A DNA stretch of 63,625 bases, the filler included, from Reticulomyxa filosa (taxonomy: Eukaryota; Protista; Foraminifera), in assembly GCA_000512085.1 (NCBI GenBank). It is 15 parts of 15 records of this genome, joined end to end, with 100 filler letters (N's around TTAATTAATTAA, not from the genome) between each part and the next. Parts side by side here need not be neighbours in the genome. Positions count along the whole stretch, not along the records: positions 62,466 to 63,625 come from ASPP01016183.1; 14 more parts are not named here. The stretch is one strand, 5' to 3'. The notes beneath the pieces are model-generated. The model had not been told where the DNA came from, did no database searches, and saw nothing but the letters and a program-made list of their open reading frames with translations. The translations under genes and the position numbers were made by a program. Of this stretch, positions 62,574 to 63,625 are shown one piece after another (the stretch's first letter is position 1; each line of letters starts with the position of its first letter).

Positions 62574-63005
62574 TCAGCCGGTGACGATATAGGCCCGCAG
62601 CGCCTCGGTCTCGTGCTGGGCTTCCTCGAGACGCGCCTTCACGACGTCGCCGATGGAGACGAGGCCCAGCAGTTCGCCGTGGCGAACGACCGGCAGGTGA
62701 CGGAAGCGACCGCTCGTCATGAGCTGCATGACATGCTCGATCGAATCGTCGGGGTCGCAGGTCACGACATCGCGGGTCATGATGGTTCGCGCCTCGAGAT
62801 CGAGGGCTGCGGCGCCGTGCCTGGCGAAGGCATGCACGAGGTCGCGCTCGGAAACGATGCCGGCGACCGAATCGTCGGAATCGAGGATCAGCACCGAGCC
62901 GATGTGACGGTTGCTGAGCTGCTGGGAAATCTGGCCGACCGGCGTACCCGGTGCGACCGTGTGAACGAGACCGCCCTTACGCGACAGGATATCGGAGACG
63001 AACAT
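62574..63005 (-). CDS. Bacterial tandem CBS-domain protein (143 aa)
   Basis: MFVSDILSRKG...GIVSERD...MTSGRFRHLPVV..LLGLVSIGDVVK. GGAGG precedes the ATG at 63005. Confidence 0.93.
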   Translation of the reverse strand: MFVSDILSRKGGLVHTVAPGTPVGQISQQLSNRHIGSVLILDSDDSVAGIVSERDLVHAFARHGAAALDLEARTIMTRDVVTCDPDDSIEHVMQLMTSGRFRHLPVVRHGELLGLVSIGDVVKARLEEAQHETEALRAYIVTG

Positions 63006-63087
63006 GGGTTCCTCCTTCTGTGGTGGATGGGTCTGCCGAACGCCAACACTGTAGCGCGGAGGGAGGTTGCGGGCGATAAAGCCCCTC

Positions 63088-63625
63088 ATGAACGATGCCC
63101 GATCTGCCCTCGTCCTCTTCTCCGGTGGACAGGACTCCACCACGTGTCTGGCCTGGGCGCTAGAGCGATTCGCGCATGTCGAGACGGTCGCTTTCGACTA
63201 CCGCCAGCGGCATCGAATCGAGCTGGATCAAAGGCTTATCGTCCTCGACCAGATCCGGCGCCGGTTTCCGCATTGGGCGGAAAGGCTGGGCGAAGACCAT
63301 TTCATCGACATGGGCGTGCTGGGACAGATCAGTGATACGTCGCTGACGCGCGACGTCGCCTTCGCGATGGAGAAGGACGGGCTGCCCAACAGTTTCGTGC
63401 CCGGCGCAATCTTCCTTCTTCACCTTCGCCGCCGCCATCGCCTGGCGGCGCAACATCCGCAACTTGGTCGGCGGGATGTGCGAGACGGATTTCTCGGGCT
63501 ATCCGGACTGCCGGGACAACACGATCAAGTCGCTGCAGGTGACGCTCAATCTCGGCATGGACCGCGCCTTCGTGCTCCATACCCCCCTGATGTGGCTCGA
63601 CAAGGCCGAGACCTGGGACCTTTCA
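63088..63625 (+). CDS. queC: 7-cyano-7-deazaguanine synthase, 3' truncated; indels at ~63405-63420
   Basis: Motifs [33 protein letters not shown](RN), [13 protein letters not shown] and [12 protein letters not shown]. Confidence 0.95.
   Translation, partial: MNDARSALVLFSGGQDSTTCLAWALERFAHVETVAFDYRQRHRIELDQRLIVLDQIRRRFPHWAERLGEDHFIDMGVLGQISDTSLTRDVAFAMEKDGLPNSFVPGAIFLLHLRRRHRLAAQHPQLGRRDVRDGFLGLSGLPGQHDQVAAGDAQSRHGPRLRAPYPPDVARQGRDLGPF

Noticed and set aside
63400-63425. Programmed frameshifting in queC, WD40 (~14700) or the Gly-rich gene (~29460)
   Set aside because: The shifts fall in or next to homopolymer runs, typical of sequencing error, and there is no independent recoding signal.
62613-63580. 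ORFs 62613-63335(+), 63160-63462(-), 63329-63580(-) and the extended CBS start at 63143
   Set aside because: High-GC shadow frames of the CBS gene and queC. The RBS supports the CBS start at 63005.
1-63625. tRNA, rRNA or CRISPR arrays
   Set aside because: No cloverleaf, rRNA-like segment or repeat-spacer array was seen by eye. A tRNAscan or Infernal run would be needed to exclude them formally.

Overview
This window is not one contiguous locus. It holds 15 assembly contigs joined by 14 identical artificial 100-bp spacers (N44-TTAATTAATTAA-N44), so gene neighbourhood is only meaningful within a contig. Fourteen contigs are AT-rich eukaryotic DNA with short GT-AG introns, homopolymer/TA-microsatellite tracts, expanded WD40/TPR/Kelch/LRR families and many pseudogenes. 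That make-up resembles the foraminiferan Reticulomyxa filosa or a relative (inference, not verified). Recognisable genes: SLC35B3-like transporter, bZIP factor, bacterial-type PARG, TPR protein, two WD40 paralogs, SLC45/SUT-like transporter, plant-type LRR receptor, CK2 beta, eIF4A-III, and SAM and ankyrin proteins. Mobile DNA: a decayed RNase H-containing non-LTR retrotransposon, a solo LTR with a 4-bp TSD, three ends of one Tc1/mariner family, a Tc1-type MITE and a Tc1 DDE fragment. The last contig (62466-63625) is GC-rich bacterial DNA (SDR start, CBS protein, queC). Best novelty candidates: (1) a modular 'variable N-terminus (caspase-like in one copy) - unnamed central domain - TPR array' family, (2) a 99-nt symmetric exon encoding a conserved 33-aa module in front of divergent WD40 propellers, and (3) a divergent U1-snRNA-like sequence.
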